55,940 nucleotides of DNA. Origin: an uncultured Candidatus Actinomarina sp. (GTDB lineage Bacteria > Actinomycetota > Acidimicrobiia > Actinomarinales > Actinomarinaceae). The position numbers and the translations under genes are program-made. Shown piece after piece: positions 9,832-19,518 of this stretch. The stretch's first letter is position 1. The number at the start of each line of letters is the position of its first letter. The stretch is from the NCBI GenBank assembly GCA_902510995.1, contig CABXDL010000006.1, positions 1 through 55,940 of the forward strand, given 5' to 3'. The notes beneath the pieces are model-generated. The model did no database searches. It was not told the origin of the DNA and saw only the letters and a list, made by a program, of their open reading frames with translations.

Positions 9832-10785
9832 ATGAAAAAAAATGTAATCGAAGTAAAAAACTTAGAAAAATATTATGAAATTTCTAGAGGGCTATTTAGT
9901 AGGGACAAAGGTGTAGTCAAAGCTGTTGATGATATTAGTTTTGAAATACCACAAGGTGAAAGCCTTGGATTAGTAGGTCAAAGTGGTTGTGGTAAAACTA
10001 CTACAGCAAGATCACTTTGTTTATTAGATCCCAAAACAAATGGTGATGTTAAATTTTTAAATCCTGAATCTCAAGAATTAGAAAGTATAGATGATTTAGA
10101 TGATGATGAATTAAAAAAGTTTAGAAGAAATATACAGATGATATTTCAAGATCCTTATGAATCATTAAATCCTAGATGGACAATTAAAGATATTATTTTA
10201 GAACCTTTAAATATACATAACATTGGAAACTTATCAGAAAGAGAAGAAGCTGTAAAAGAAATATTAACTACTGTTGGTTTAACTCCTCCCGAAAATTACA
10301 TGCCTAGATATCCTCACGAACTATCAGGAGGACAAAGGCAAAGAGTATCTATTGCTAGAACTTTGATTATGAAACCTAAGTTTGTTGTTTGTGATGAACC
10401 AACTTCTATGCTTGATGTTTCAATACGTATCTCAATTATGGATCTTATGTTAAATCTTGCTAAAGATTTAGATATTTCATATTTGTACATTACACATGAT
10501 TTAGCAGTTGCAAGATACATGTGTAATAGAATCGCCGTTATGTTTAATGGCAAAATTGTAGAAATTGCTGAAACGGAAGAATTACTTAAAAATCCAGTCC
10601 ATCCATATACAAAAAGATTAATATCTTCAATACCTGTACCTGATCCTAAATATAAAAGGACTGAATACGAGTTAAATTTTAATGAATTAGACGAAATAAT
10701 ATCAAATAATCCTGATAAAACAATGGTTGACATAGGGGGAGAGCACTTTATAGCAACTCATGATGTAAAGGATATTCTTTATTGA
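9832..10785 (+). CDS. oppF: Peptide ABC transporter ATPase
   Basis: GQSGCGKT; FQDPYESLNPR; LSGGQRQR; HPYT. Confidence 0.92.
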   Translation: MKKNVIEVKNLEKYYEISRGLFSRDKGVVKAVDDISFEIPQGESLGLVGQSGCGKTTTARSLCLLDPKTNGDVKFLNPESQELESIDDLDDDELKKFRRNIQMIFQDPYESLNPRWTIKDIILEPLNIHNIGNLSEREEAVKEILTTVGLTPPENYMPRYPHELSGGQRQRVSIARTLIMKPKFVVCDEPTSMLDVSIRISIMDLMLNLAKDLDISYLYITHDLAVARYMCNRIAVMFNGKIVEIAETEELLKNPVHPYTKRLISSIPVPDPKYKRTEYELNFNELDEIISNNPDKTMVDIGGEHFIATHDVKDILY

Positions 10786-11333
10786 AATTTAAGGATATAT
10801 TTTTACTTCCAAATTTGATAACTTTATCAAGATTATTTATAACGATTTACATTTACATTACATTTGAACCTGAAGAATTTTCTAGTTTTTATTTAATATT
10901 ATTAATCGCAATTATTGGTATCAGTGATTCAATTGACGGTGTTGTTGCTCGTAAATTTAATCTAGTTTCTAAGTTAGGGATTATTCTTGATCCTGTAACA
11001 GATCGTATAGTATTTGTTTTGTTATTATTTTGGTTGGCATCTTATTTTAATTTTATTTTTTTGATTTTAATTCTAATCAGAGAAATATTAGTTTCAATTG
11101 GTGGGTTATATGTAATCAAAACTCAAAAAACAGTAAAAGTTTCAAATAAAGGTAAAGCCGGAACAGCTTTAATATTTATTTCATTATGTTTATCCGTATT
11201 AGACCCAGGTTTATTAACTATTAATTCGTTATTATTCATTAAATTTGTTGATATTTTTCTTATATTTTCTATATTTTTTTACTATTTTGTAGCATTAGAA
11301 TATTTATATAAGTTGATAAATAAAAATGAATAA
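10782..11333 (+). CDS. CDP-alcohol phosphatidyltransferase (PgsA-like)
   Basis: PNLIT..R; DSIDGVVARK....S.LG..LDPVTDR signature. Confidence 0.9.
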   Translation: MKFKDIFLLPNLITLSRLFITIYIYITFEPEEFSSFYLILLIAIIGISDSIDGVVARKFNLVSKLGIILDPVTDRIVFVLLLFWLASYFNFIFLILILIREILVSIGGLYVIKTQKTVKVSNKGKAGTALIFISLCLSVLDPGLLTINSLLFIKFVDIFLIFSIFFYYFVALEYLYKLINKNE

Positions 11334-11676
11334 TGAAACAATACCGTTTGAAGAATCTCTTTTTATTAATCAGAATGCAAAATATATTCTATCAATTTTA
11401 AATGAAGATGTTAGATCCTCTTCTTGGTTATTAACAAATGGAATTCATAAAATTGGTAGGTTGAACGATAAAGAAATAATTCTTGACGACGTTACCGTAT
11501 CCAGAAATCATGCATACATCTCTGTAGATGATGATATGTTATTAATAACTGATGAAGGCTCGACTAACGGAATATTTGTTAATGGAGAACTTACTAAAGA
11601 AACACAACTATTTTCAGGAACAAGATTACAAATTGGAAAATATTTTCTAATTATATCCTCTGTAGATGCATCATGA
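11326..11676 (+). CDS. garA: FHA-domain protein, GarA/OdhI-like
   Basis: GR....I.LDDVTVSRNHA ... GSTNG..VNG ... QIGKY; typical actinobacterial locus. Confidence 0.8.
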   Translation: MNNETIPFEESLFINQNAKYILSILNEDVRSSSWLLTNGIHKIGRLNDKEIILDDVTVSRNHAYISVDDDMLLITDEGSTNGIFVNGELTKETQLFSGTRLQIGKYFLIISSVDAS

Positions 11677-12245
11677 ATATTGGTGAAGCCGTAAAAATAA
11701 TTCAAAAACAATATCCATCAGTAAGTATTTCACGAATACGTTTTTTAGAAAAGGAAGGATTAATTAAACCAAAAAGGTCTAATGGTGGTACGAGAGAATT
11801 TTCATCAAAAGATATAGAAAGAATATTAAAAATTTTAAATTTACAAGAAGATCAATTTTATAGCCTTAAAGCAATAAAAAATAATTCTGCACTTATATCA
11901 AATAATTCAATTAAAAATATTAAAATACAAGAATATTCAAAACATGATGCATTAAAAAAATCTGGAATTTCATTAGTTAATTATAATAATTTAATTGAGT
12001 ACAATTTTGAAAAAGATAAAGAATTATTTAGCCAGAATGATGTTGATAGATTAAGTTCTTTTGCTTATTTTTATAATCTTGGATTATCTGCAAAAAATTT
12101 TACATTAATTAAATCTTTATCAGACAGGGGACTAGGTTTTTTTGAGATAATTAAAAACAATGTTGATATTAATGAAAATGATTATAAATTAGCAGTTAGT
12201 AATTTCTCAAATATTATTAGGAGTTACATATTAGAAGAATCATAG
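11673..12245 (+). CDS. MerR-family regulator (FtsR-like)
   Basis: MNIGEAV...YPSVSISRIRFLEKEGLI.P.RS.GG.R.F. Confidence 0.85.
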   Translation: MNIGEAVKIIQKQYPSVSISRIRFLEKEGLIKPKRSNGGTREFSSKDIERILKILNLQEDQFYSLKAIKNNSALISNNSIKNIKIQEYSKHDALKKSGISLVNYNNLIEYNFEKDKELFSQNDVDRLSSFAYFYNLGLSAKNFTLIKSLSDRGLGFFEIIKNNVDINENDYKLAVSNFSNIIRSYILEES

Positions 12246-13303
12246 TTCTTTTCTTAGCAGTTCTCCTAATAAATAATTCTTCTTATGCAGAAGAGTTAAG
12301 TGAAGACTTTTTATCGACAGATCATTATATTTCTTATGATATACAAAATGACTCTATTTTATTTTCAAAAAACATTAATGAAAAAATTTATCCCGCTTCA
12401 TTAACAAAAATTATGACTGCTCTTATTTTGTTAGATAAATATAACTTAAATGAATATATAACAACTATTTATCCAATAGATTATGAAGAAAATGGTAAAG
12501 TAGCATACATTCCAGAAAATATAGAAATAAGTATAGTTAATCTCTTAGAATTACTCCTTGTTTATTCAGCTAATGATGCTGCTTATATATCAGCTATTGC
12601 TGTTTCAGGAAATATTGATGATTTTGTATTTTTAATGAATAAAAAAGCAAAAGCTTTTGGTATGGATGATACAAACTTTATTAATCCAGACGGATTGGAC
12701 GAAATGAATCATTACACAACTTTAAATGATCTTTTAAAAATGTCATTGAAAGCTATTCAAAAAAAAGAAATTCTCGCATTAGTAAGTAAAGAAAATTTCA
12801 TATCTAATATTTCAGGTAACGATGTGATTTATTATTCGACAAATATATTACTAAAAGAGGGTTTCGTAGGTTTGAAAACAGGATGGACTGATATGGCAGG
12901 CCTTACGTTCATTGGTTTGAATCAAAGTAATGAAAGAGAAATAATAACAATTGTTAACAAGTCAAAAGTAGATGAAAATAAATATTCTCATTTTTCTGAT
13001 ACTAAATTGTTATATAAAACTAGTATTGAAACTTTTAATAATTACAAAATTCTAAATAAAACTGAAAACATTTATATTCTAAGAAGTAGTTATGTTACTG
13101 AACAATATAAAAGTGAAATTGAATGGACTGAATTTATCAACTTAAGTGAAAAAAATAGCATTACATTATCCGACTATAGTAATAAAAATATTACATTATC
13201 ATTTAATCAATATAAAAAATCATTTAAAATCAGCAATAATCAAAAGAAAATAAAATGGGTCTTTGATCCCTTAAAAATATTTAAAATTAATGCAAATCAA
13301 TAA
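12230..13303 (+). CDS. D-alanyl-D-alanine carboxypeptidase (peptidase S11), probable ATT start
   Basis: SLTK lies upstream of ATG 12413 in the same frame; SAN and KTG motifs present; AGGAG RBS then ATT at 12230 followed by a signal peptide. Confidence 0.8.
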   Translation: MRRIIVLFLAVLLINNSSYAEELSEDFLSTDHYISYDIQNDSILFSKNINEKIYPASLTKIMTALILLDKYNLNEYITTIYPIDYEENGKVAYIPENIEISIVNLLELLLVYSANDAAYISAIAVSGNIDDFVFLMNKKAKAFGMDDTNFINPDGLDEMNHYTTLNDLLKMSLKAIQKKEILALVSKENFISNISGNDVIYYSTNILLKEGFVGLKTGWTDMAGLTFIGLNQSNEREIITIVNKSKVDENKYSHFSDTKLLYKTSIETFNNYKILNKTENIYILRSSYVTEQYKSEIEWTEFINLSEKNSITLSDYSNKNITLSFNQYKKSFKISNNQKKIKWVFDPLKIFKINANQ

Positions 13304-13360
13304 TAAAAAAATTTATTTATAAACTATAATTTTTGAAATAATACTTCTAATATTTTTGAT

Positions 13361-13840
13361 ATGAGTAGAAATATAAAGGTAGAAGTTAATTCAATAAGGT
13401 TAGATGAAACTTCAGAAACACCTATTTTGTTATTATTAGATCCATCATCTCAAAAAGTATTACCTATTTGGATTGGCACAATTGAAGCTGTCTCTATTGC
13501 TTACGCACAAGAGGGAATACTTCACGACAGACCTCAAACACATGATTTGTTAATAGATATCGTTGATGCACTAGATGGCAATATTAATGAAGTAAATATA
13601 TCAAATATAGATAATGACACGTATTTTGCAAATTTAATACTTAAAAATGGAAATGGCTTAGTAACATTATCTGCTAGACCAAGTGACGCAATAGCTATTG
13701 CTTTACGTTTAAATATACCAGTTACAGTAAATGAAGATTTATTTGAAACTCATTCTATAGATTTAATTGTTGATTCTTCAAATGAAATAGAAGAATTTAA
13801 AGAGTTTATTCAAGATGTAAAGCCTGAGGATTTTTCTTAA
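13361..13840 (+). CDS. Bifunctional nuclease family protein (DUF151)
   Basis: LPIWIG..EA.SI...RPQTHDL...ARPSDAIAIALR. Confidence 0.92.
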   Translation: MSRNIKVEVNSIRLDETSETPILLLLDPSSQKVLPIWIGTIEAVSIAYAQEGILHDRPQTHDLLIDIVDALDGNINEVNISNIDNDTYFANLILKNGNGLVTLSARPSDAIAIALRLNIPVTVNEDLFETHSIDLIVDSSNEIEEFKEFIQDVKPEDFS

Positions 13841-13878
13841 AACCTTGAAATAAAATATATTCATAGTAGATTGTAATT

Positions 13879-14322
13879 ATGCGACAGGGTTATACAGGAA
13901 CAGAAGTATGTAATATAACAGGTATTACATATAGACAATTGGATCATTGGACATCAACAAAACTTGTAGAAGCATCTATAAGAAATATAAAAGGTTCTGG
14001 ATTTCATAGAATATATTCTTTTCAAGATATTATAAAAGTTAAATTAGTAAATAAATTAAGAGATGCGGGTATTAGTCTTCAAAAAATTAGAATTGCTCTT
14101 TCAAATGTAAATAAAATATTAGGTAAAAATATAAATATTACTGATATATCAATTTTTTCAGACGGACAGTCAATTTATGTAATAACTGATAATAACCAAA
14201 TGTTAGATTTATTACGTAAAGGACAAGCTGTGTTTGGAATATCATTGGGGCCTGTACACACTGAAACGGAAGCTGAAATATTTTCTCTTTATCCTGAAAA
14301 AATTTCATCAAATAATAGATGA
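13879..14322 (+). CDS. MerR-family regulator (Rv1830-like)
   Basis: GITYRQLDHW...GSG..R.YSF.DI...L.DAGISLQKIR...GQAVFGI. Confidence 0.9.
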   Translation: MRQGYTGTEVCNITGITYRQLDHWTSTKLVEASIRNIKGSGFHRIYSFQDIIKVKLVNKLRDAGISLQKIRIALSNVNKILGKNINITDISIFSDGQSIYVITDNNQMLDLLRKGQAVFGISLGPVHTETEAEIFSLYPEKISSNNR

Positions 14323-14651
14323 AATTTGCTCACCCTTCAGAGAAGTTATTTACTGAACATCTTAATTTATTTGATATACCTTGGATTTATGAACCAATAA
14401 GTTTTCCTTTGAAGTGGGGAAGTGGTGCAATAAAAAAAATGTTTACACCAGATTTTTATTTACCAACATTAAACATTTATATTGAAATAACTACTATGAA
14501 TCAAAAACTTATAACAAAGAAAAGTAATAAAATAAAATTAGCTTCGAAACTTTATCCAAATAACAATTTTAAGTTAATTAATGAAAAAGAGTTTTATAAT
14601 TTTCTAACTAAAGATAATAAAAATTTAATTCAAGAAGCTATAGCTAGCTGA
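14319..14651 (+). CDS. Small PD-(D/E)xK-like nuclease-fold protein
   Basis: SE..F...L....I.W.YEP...FTPDFYLP..NIYIEITT pattern. Confidence 0.6.
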   Translation: MKFAHPSEKLFTEHLNLFDIPWIYEPISFPLKWGSGAIKKMFTPDFYLPTLNIYIEITTMNQKLITKKSNKIKLASKLYPNNNFKLINEKEFYNFLTKDNKNLIQEAIAS

Positions 14652-15569
14652 CTTTACCAACAATTCTTCTGGGTTCTCTATTCCTATTTTTTTACATATA
14701 TTTAATTCATTATTTACATCAGTATTACTCATTAGCCTATTGTCTGTATTTATTGAAACATTAAATCCTAGTTTTATTAAATCTAAAATTGGATGCTTTT
14801 CTTCATTTTCATACATATTTGTATGAATATTTGACGTAATACATACTTCTAGTGGAATCTGATTGTTAACTAAATATGTTGCTGTTTTACCAAGTAGTTT
14901 ATTTTCTAGATCTACATCTTCTATAATTCTTACACCATGACCAATTCTTTTAGCACCATTTTCTAAAGCATCTGAAATTGATTCCACATTGTCACCTTCA
15001 CCAGCATGAATTGTTATATTGATACCCTCATCTTCAACTTTTTTGAAAGTTTCTTTATAAAGCGAAGGTCTAAAATTTAATTCAACTCCGGCAATGTCAA
15101 ATCCTATTATCATATCTTTATAATCTATAGCTATTTGACCAACTTTTTCTACATTTTTCTTATCATTTCTCATTCCACATAAAATTAACCCCGAATGTAT
15201 CCCATACATTTGTTCTGCTTGTTTGAAACCAGAATTAATTGATTCAAGAACATTTTTTATAGATAAATTAGAATTAACTGAATATAGGGGAGCATATCTA
15301 CTTTCATAGATGTTAATACCATTATTATGCATATCTTCTGCTGCTTCGAAAGCAATTCTTTCTAAATTTTCATAAGTGTTCATTAGAGCAGTTGTGTGTA
15401 CAAAAGCTTCTAAGTAATCTTCTAATGAATCACAATTAGACCTATCAAAAAAAATATTTATATCGTCAACCTCTAATAATGGCTTGTAGGAAGCTTTTTT
15501 TGCAAATTCTAATGCTGTAGTAGCTCTTAATCCGCCATCTAGGTGATCATGTAAAATTGCCTTATACAT
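14625..15569 (-). CDS. add: Adenosine deaminase
   Basis: LHDHLDG; TIHAGE; RIGHG; EVC.TSN; NTDN. Confidence 0.92.
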   Translation of the reverse strand: MYKAILHDHLDGGLRATTALEFAKKASYKPLLEVDDINIFFDRSNCDSLEDYLEAFVHTTALMNTYENLERIAFEAAEDMHNNGINIYESRYAPLYSVNSNLSIKNVLESINSGFKQAEQMYGIHSGLILCGMRNDKKNVEKVGQIAIDYKDMIIGFDIAGVELNFRPSLYKETFKKVEDEGINITIHAGEGDNVESISDALENGAKRIGHGVRIIEDVDLENKLLGKTATYLVNNQIPLEVCITSNIHTNMYENEEKHPILDLIKLGFNVSINTDNRLMSNTDVNNELNICKKIGIENPEELLVKSASYSFLN

Positions 15570-15570
15570 A

Positions 15571-15598
15571 ACGCAACATAATATTAATTATACGACAA
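15571..15598 (-). other. Weak dif-like 11-6-11 site (TTGTCGTATAA-TTAATT-ATATGTTGCGT); also contains a TATAAT that may be the add promoter
   Basis: 6/11 and 7/11 matches to the E. coli dif XerC and XerD arms; intergenic; near the coding-strand switch. Confidence 0.25.
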
Positions 15599-15616
15599 AG
15601 TGAGATATTCATAATT

Positions 15617-16483
15617 TTACCTAATCTCATTAAGAACACTCTCCTTATGGGTCAATGGTAACCAATGTCCTGCACCTTTTACTTCTTTAATAGTAATGTC
15701 TGAGCCTAAATTATTTAATCGGTTACTCATTTTATCTGTCAACTTAACTGCAACATCTAATTCACCATAGAGAAATGTAACTGGTGTTTTTACTTTCTTC
15801 CTCCATTCACTACTTAACTCAATGTTCAAATCTATATTTGAATACCAACAAATGGGCTGGTATAAAGAGTGTCCTTTAAAATGGTCTATGTAATTGTAAA
15901 TCGTAGTATCGTCAACAACTAACTTCCTTGCTTTTCCGTGAGTAAATAATTTTTGTAGTGATAAATCAGGTTGTCCTATTTTTGTAAAAACATCTCTATA
16001 AGCTAATCTAAAGAAAGAATCTAGATTTAAATCAATTTCCTCTGCAGATTTTTTTGGATTTTGAAATGAAGTAATATAGTGATCTTCAAGATTAAATTTC
16101 AAATTATTATAAATATTTGAACCAGGAAACTCATCACCACCACATATAGATACAAAATTTTTAACACTTATATTTTTTCTTGATACTACTGCCCAGCCAA
16201 CAATTGATCCCCAGTCGTGTCCTACAATTGTTAATTCATTATCTAAATTTAATTCTTTAACTAACTCTTCTATATCTAGTGCTAAACACTCAATATTAAA
16301 ATCAATAGCAAGTGAATTATTTAATTCTGATAAAGGATATCCTCTCTGTTCAGGTACAGTTACTCTTTTATTGTTTATAATAAGATCTTTTTTAATTTCA
16401 TCCCAAAAATACATATTCGATGGGAACCCATGCAACAAAAGAACATCACTCCCCTCGCCTTCAATGGTGTGTGCTAATTTCAT
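15617..16483 (-). CDS. Alpha/beta hydrolase, epoxide hydrolase-like
   Basis: LHGFP; RGY; GHDWG nucleophile Asp; AGHW. Confidence 0.85.
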   Translation of the reverse strand: MKLAHTIEGEGSDVLLLHGFPSNMYFWDEIKKDLIINNKRVTVPEQRGYPLSELNNSLAIDFNIECLALDIEELVKELNLDNELTIVGHDWGSIVGWAVVSRKNISVKNFVSICGGDEFPGSNIYNNLKFNLEDHYITSFQNPKKSAEEIDLNLDSFFRLAYRDVFTKIGQPDLSLQKLFTHGKARKLVVDDTTIYNYIDHFKGHSLYQPICWYSNIDLNIELSSEWRKKVKTPVTFLYGELDVAVKLTDKMSNRLNNLGSDITIKEVKGAGHWLPLTHKESVLNEIR

Positions 16484-17139
16484 ATAAGCTTATTTTTTCT
16501 TAAAATCACAATACTTAAACATATAGCAAAAAAGAGCCATTGAATAGAATAACTCATATGTGGAGGACTATAACCTGTATTTAAAGGAGCACACTCAATA
16601 CCTACACCACAGTTTGAGGTTAAATGGACATATTTATCCGATAACTTAATAATTTGATCTTTTTCAATAAAGTTCTTATCAATACGAAAGATATATTCAG
16701 AACTTATTATGTCATCTTGACCTATAGGTGACTTTATATCATAATTTAGTAAGAAACCATCAAACCCATATGTAAAGTTTCCTATTTCGAACCTTGCATT
16801 TTCTAATGGTATCCATCCATGATTAACTGTTAAATGTGTATTATTTTGATCTTTATAAATAGCAATGATGTGATAACCAGAGATTCCATTGTAAACTCTT
16901 GAACGTAGTTTATAATAATCGACAAGTTTAAATGCCCCGTTTAATTTTATAAATGTATCACTTGTAGTTAAATTTATTTCATCAATGTTTATTAACTCTT
17001 GATTATTTTCATCATACGATAAGTTTTTATTAGTTTGATATCTATCGAATTGCCAATATGAAAGAATTAAAAATATAATAACAACCATAGAGCCAAAATA
17101 GAATAGATTCTTATGAGGAATACTTTTTAATTTGTCCAA
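16480..17139 (-). CDS. SURF1-family protein
   Basis: L.YWQ..R; VNHGWIP; H.SYSIQW..FA. Confidence 0.85.
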   Translation of the reverse strand: MDKLKSIPHKNLFYFGSMVVIIFLILSYWQFDRYQTNKNLSYDENNQELINIDEINLTTSDTFIKLNGAFKLVDYYKLRSRVYNGISGYHIIAIYKDQNNTHLTVNHGWIPLENARFEIGNFTYGFDGFLLNYDIKSPIGQDDIISSEYIFRIDKNFIEKDQIIKLSDKYVHLTSNCGVGIECAPLNTGYSPPHMSYSIQWLFFAICLSIVILRKNKLI

Positions 17140-18560
17140 CTTATATCCCCCCTTCTTTTGTCTCCATATGCAACTACATCATCATTTATACCAGTAACAC
17201 AAACACCACCAAAATACATATCATTTGGATTAGTAAAAGTAACATTTATATTTTCTTCAATTGATTCTGGTTCTGCTCTTACTGATTTATCTTGATTCAC
17301 ATGAAATCTTGGTTTTGATATAGCAGAAGCCCAATCATTATTATTTATATAATTATTTATCACTTGAGCTAAAGCTGTACTTATTCTATCCGCACCCGGT
17401 GATCCTAATGCATAAATTGACTCCTTGTTTGAAACAATAAGTGGGCTCATGTTTGAAATTAATCGTTCATTATATGTATTACCTAAAAAACCTTGGGGGT
17501 TTAATTCAATTTCTCCAAGAGAGTTGTTAAAAAACATACCTGTACGTTTACAAATAACTCCAGAACCATAACCACTTGAAAATGTAATTGAGTAATGGTT
17601 GTTATCAGTATCTGAAGTACTGATTTGAATTGTTGAAGGTGATGAACTTAATTTTTCTATTTCTTGTTTTACAAGACTACTTCTATTTTCAAATATTTCA
17701 AAATTTTGTTTCCTTTCAAGATATACATTTAGTAATGTTTCTTCTAAATTATCAGTAGATGATGTTAAAGCATTAAGGTACTTTAATACCATTAATCCTC
17801 CTATAGAGGGTCCTTTATGTCCGTATATTTTTATATTATTAAATTTATGTTCAAAAATAGAATCATGGATTAATTCATAAGAATTAAAATCATCAAAAGT
17901 AGCATGACCTCCACCTTCGTTAATTGTTTTAGTTAATTCTTTTGCGATATCACCAGAATTAAAGTCTTCAAAACCATTATTTGACATATGTGCATAAGTA
18001 TCAGCTAATTTCTCTAATTTGATAATTCCATTATCTAAACCGTCTTCTTTCAATACTTTAAATGTTTTCAATGCTTCATCGTTAATTGAAAATAAAGAAT
18101 CTAATGTATAACCTAAATATTCTTTTGAAGTTTCATTTAGTTTAAAACCATCTTTTGCAATTGATACTGGATATTCAAATAAAACTTCTAAAGGTAGTGA
18201 AGCTTTTTTTTGGTATATATATTCCATTAATTTATATATTCCTGGAATAGCAAATGTATTTACTCCCGTGCATGTTTCAACATAACCTCCATATGCAATA
18301 GCTATTTTATTTTGGCTTACATCATCTCCCCCAAATTTCTTAGGTGCTACAAAATAAGCATCAACTGTTTGAGCTGAATTTACATCACTATCAAAGAAAG
18401 TTAACAACCCACCTGATGTAGGTGTAATAACGCCTAAATCAGCCACCATAGAGGTTAAAATGCTAGTTATTAGTAAATCTGCAGCATTCGGGTTTAAATC
18501 AGAAATAGCTTTAGCTGCATCTAAAGACTGCATTGATGTACTTGATAAAGAAACTTTCAC
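17127..18560 (-). CDS. Gamma-glutamyltransferase family protein
   Basis: NAAD; IPG; G.GSG.....G.F.NN; SNMSP; GSPGADRI; PRFH. Confidence 0.85.
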   Translation of the reverse strand: MKVSLSSTSMQSLDAAKAISDLNPNAADLLITSILTSMVADLGVITPTSGGLLTFFDSDVNSAQTVDAYFVAPKKFGGDDVSQNKIAIAYGGYVETCTGVNTFAIPGIYKLMEYIYQKKASLPLEVLFEYPVSIAKDGFKLNETSKEYLGYTLDSLFSINDEALKTFKVLKEDGLDNGIIKLEKLADTYAHMSNNGFEDFNSGDIAKELTKTINEGGGHATFDDFNSYELIHDSIFEHKFNNIKIYGHKGPSIGGLMVLKYLNALTSSTDNLEETLLNVYLERKQNFEIFENRSSLVKQEIEKLSSSPSTIQISTSDTDNNHYSITFSSGYGSGVICKRTGMFFNNSLGEIELNPQGFLGNTYNERLISNMSPLIVSNKESIYALGSPGADRISTALAQVINNYINNNDWASAISKPRFHVNQDKSVRAEPESIEENINVTFTNPNDMYFGGVCVTGINDDVVAYGDKRRGDISWTN

Positions 18561-18603
18561 ACATATATTTTAGTTTATAAACCAATTATGCAACAATGTA
18601 AAT

Positions 18604-19518
18604 GTGCAACCAATTGTTAAAAAATTTGATAATAATATATATCAAATTGATGTATTAATGGAAGGTAAAGAAGGCAGGCTAGCTTGCTATTACATTGATT
18701 CTAAAGATCCAATACTAATTGAGGTTGGACCATCAAAATCATTCCCGTATCTTGTATCTGCTTTAGAGAGTTTAGGTATACAAAATATAACAAGATCCGC
18801 AATAACACATCTTCATCTTGATCACGTAGGTGGTATTGGGCATGTTGTTAGTAAATATAAGAATCATTTTGTGCATGTACATGAATTAGGAGTAAAGCAC
18901 CTACCTAATCCAGAGAGATTATGGAACGCCGTTGCCGAAATTTATACTGATGAATGGCTTACTAATAATTGGGGAAAAATAAAACCTACACCTATAGAAA
19001 ATATTAAAACTTTAAATGATGGTCATGAATTTAACCTTGATAAAAATAGAAAATTAAAGTCTTTATATAGTCCAGGACATGCAAAACACCACTATACATT
19101 TTATGATTCTGAATCTGGGACTATATTTATGGGAGACACTCTAGGCTTAATTTATCCTCATGGTGATTTTATACAACCAAACTTGCCTCCTCCGGATTTT
19201 AATAAAGATATACTATTTCAATCTTTAGAGAAAATATATAGTTTAGATTTAAAACAAATAGCAATAGCTCATTTTGGGTTACATTTAAATCCTTATGAGT
19301 TAATTGATAACGCTTATAAAAGTATTAACGAATGGATAATGTTTATTAATAACTTACCAAACACGAGTAATGATGAAGCAGCTGAATTATTAAAAAATTG
19401 GGTAGTAAATAATTATGAGAGTTTGAATGTAGATAGTGAAACAATACAAAACTATATAAGCAATTCTCATTTCTTGATGCAAGTTGCTGGAATAAGAAAT
19501 TATTTAAGTAGCAACTAA
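18604..19518 (+). CDS. MBL-fold metallo-hydrolase
   Basis: THLHLDHVGG; PGHAKHH; GD; AHFG. Confidence 0.88.
   Translation: MQPIVKKFDNNIYQIDVLMEGKEGRLACYYIDSKDPILIEVGPSKSFPYLVSALESLGIQNITRSAITHLHLDHVGGIGHVVSKYKNHFVHVHELGVKHLPNPERLWNAVAEIYTDEWLTNNWGKIKPTPIENIKTLNDGHEFNLDKNRKLKSLYSPGHAKHHYTFYDSESGTIFMGDTLGLIYPHGDFIQPNLPPPDFNKDILFQSLEKIYSLDLKQIAIAHFGLHLNPYELIDNAYKSINEWIMFINNLPNTSNDEAAELLKNWVVNNYESLNVDSETIQNYISNSHFLMQVAGIRNYLSSN

Noticed and set aside
13876-13885. Reverse-complement 10-bp match (GTCGCATAAT) to the island repeat
   Set aside because: A single unit formed by the merR start codons ATG CGA C; no tandem copy; likely chance.
18569-18596. dif-like TTTATAA-ACCAA-TTATGCAAC between ggt and the MBL gene
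   Set aside because: Spacer is 5 bp rather than 6, and the region is explained by divergent promoters.
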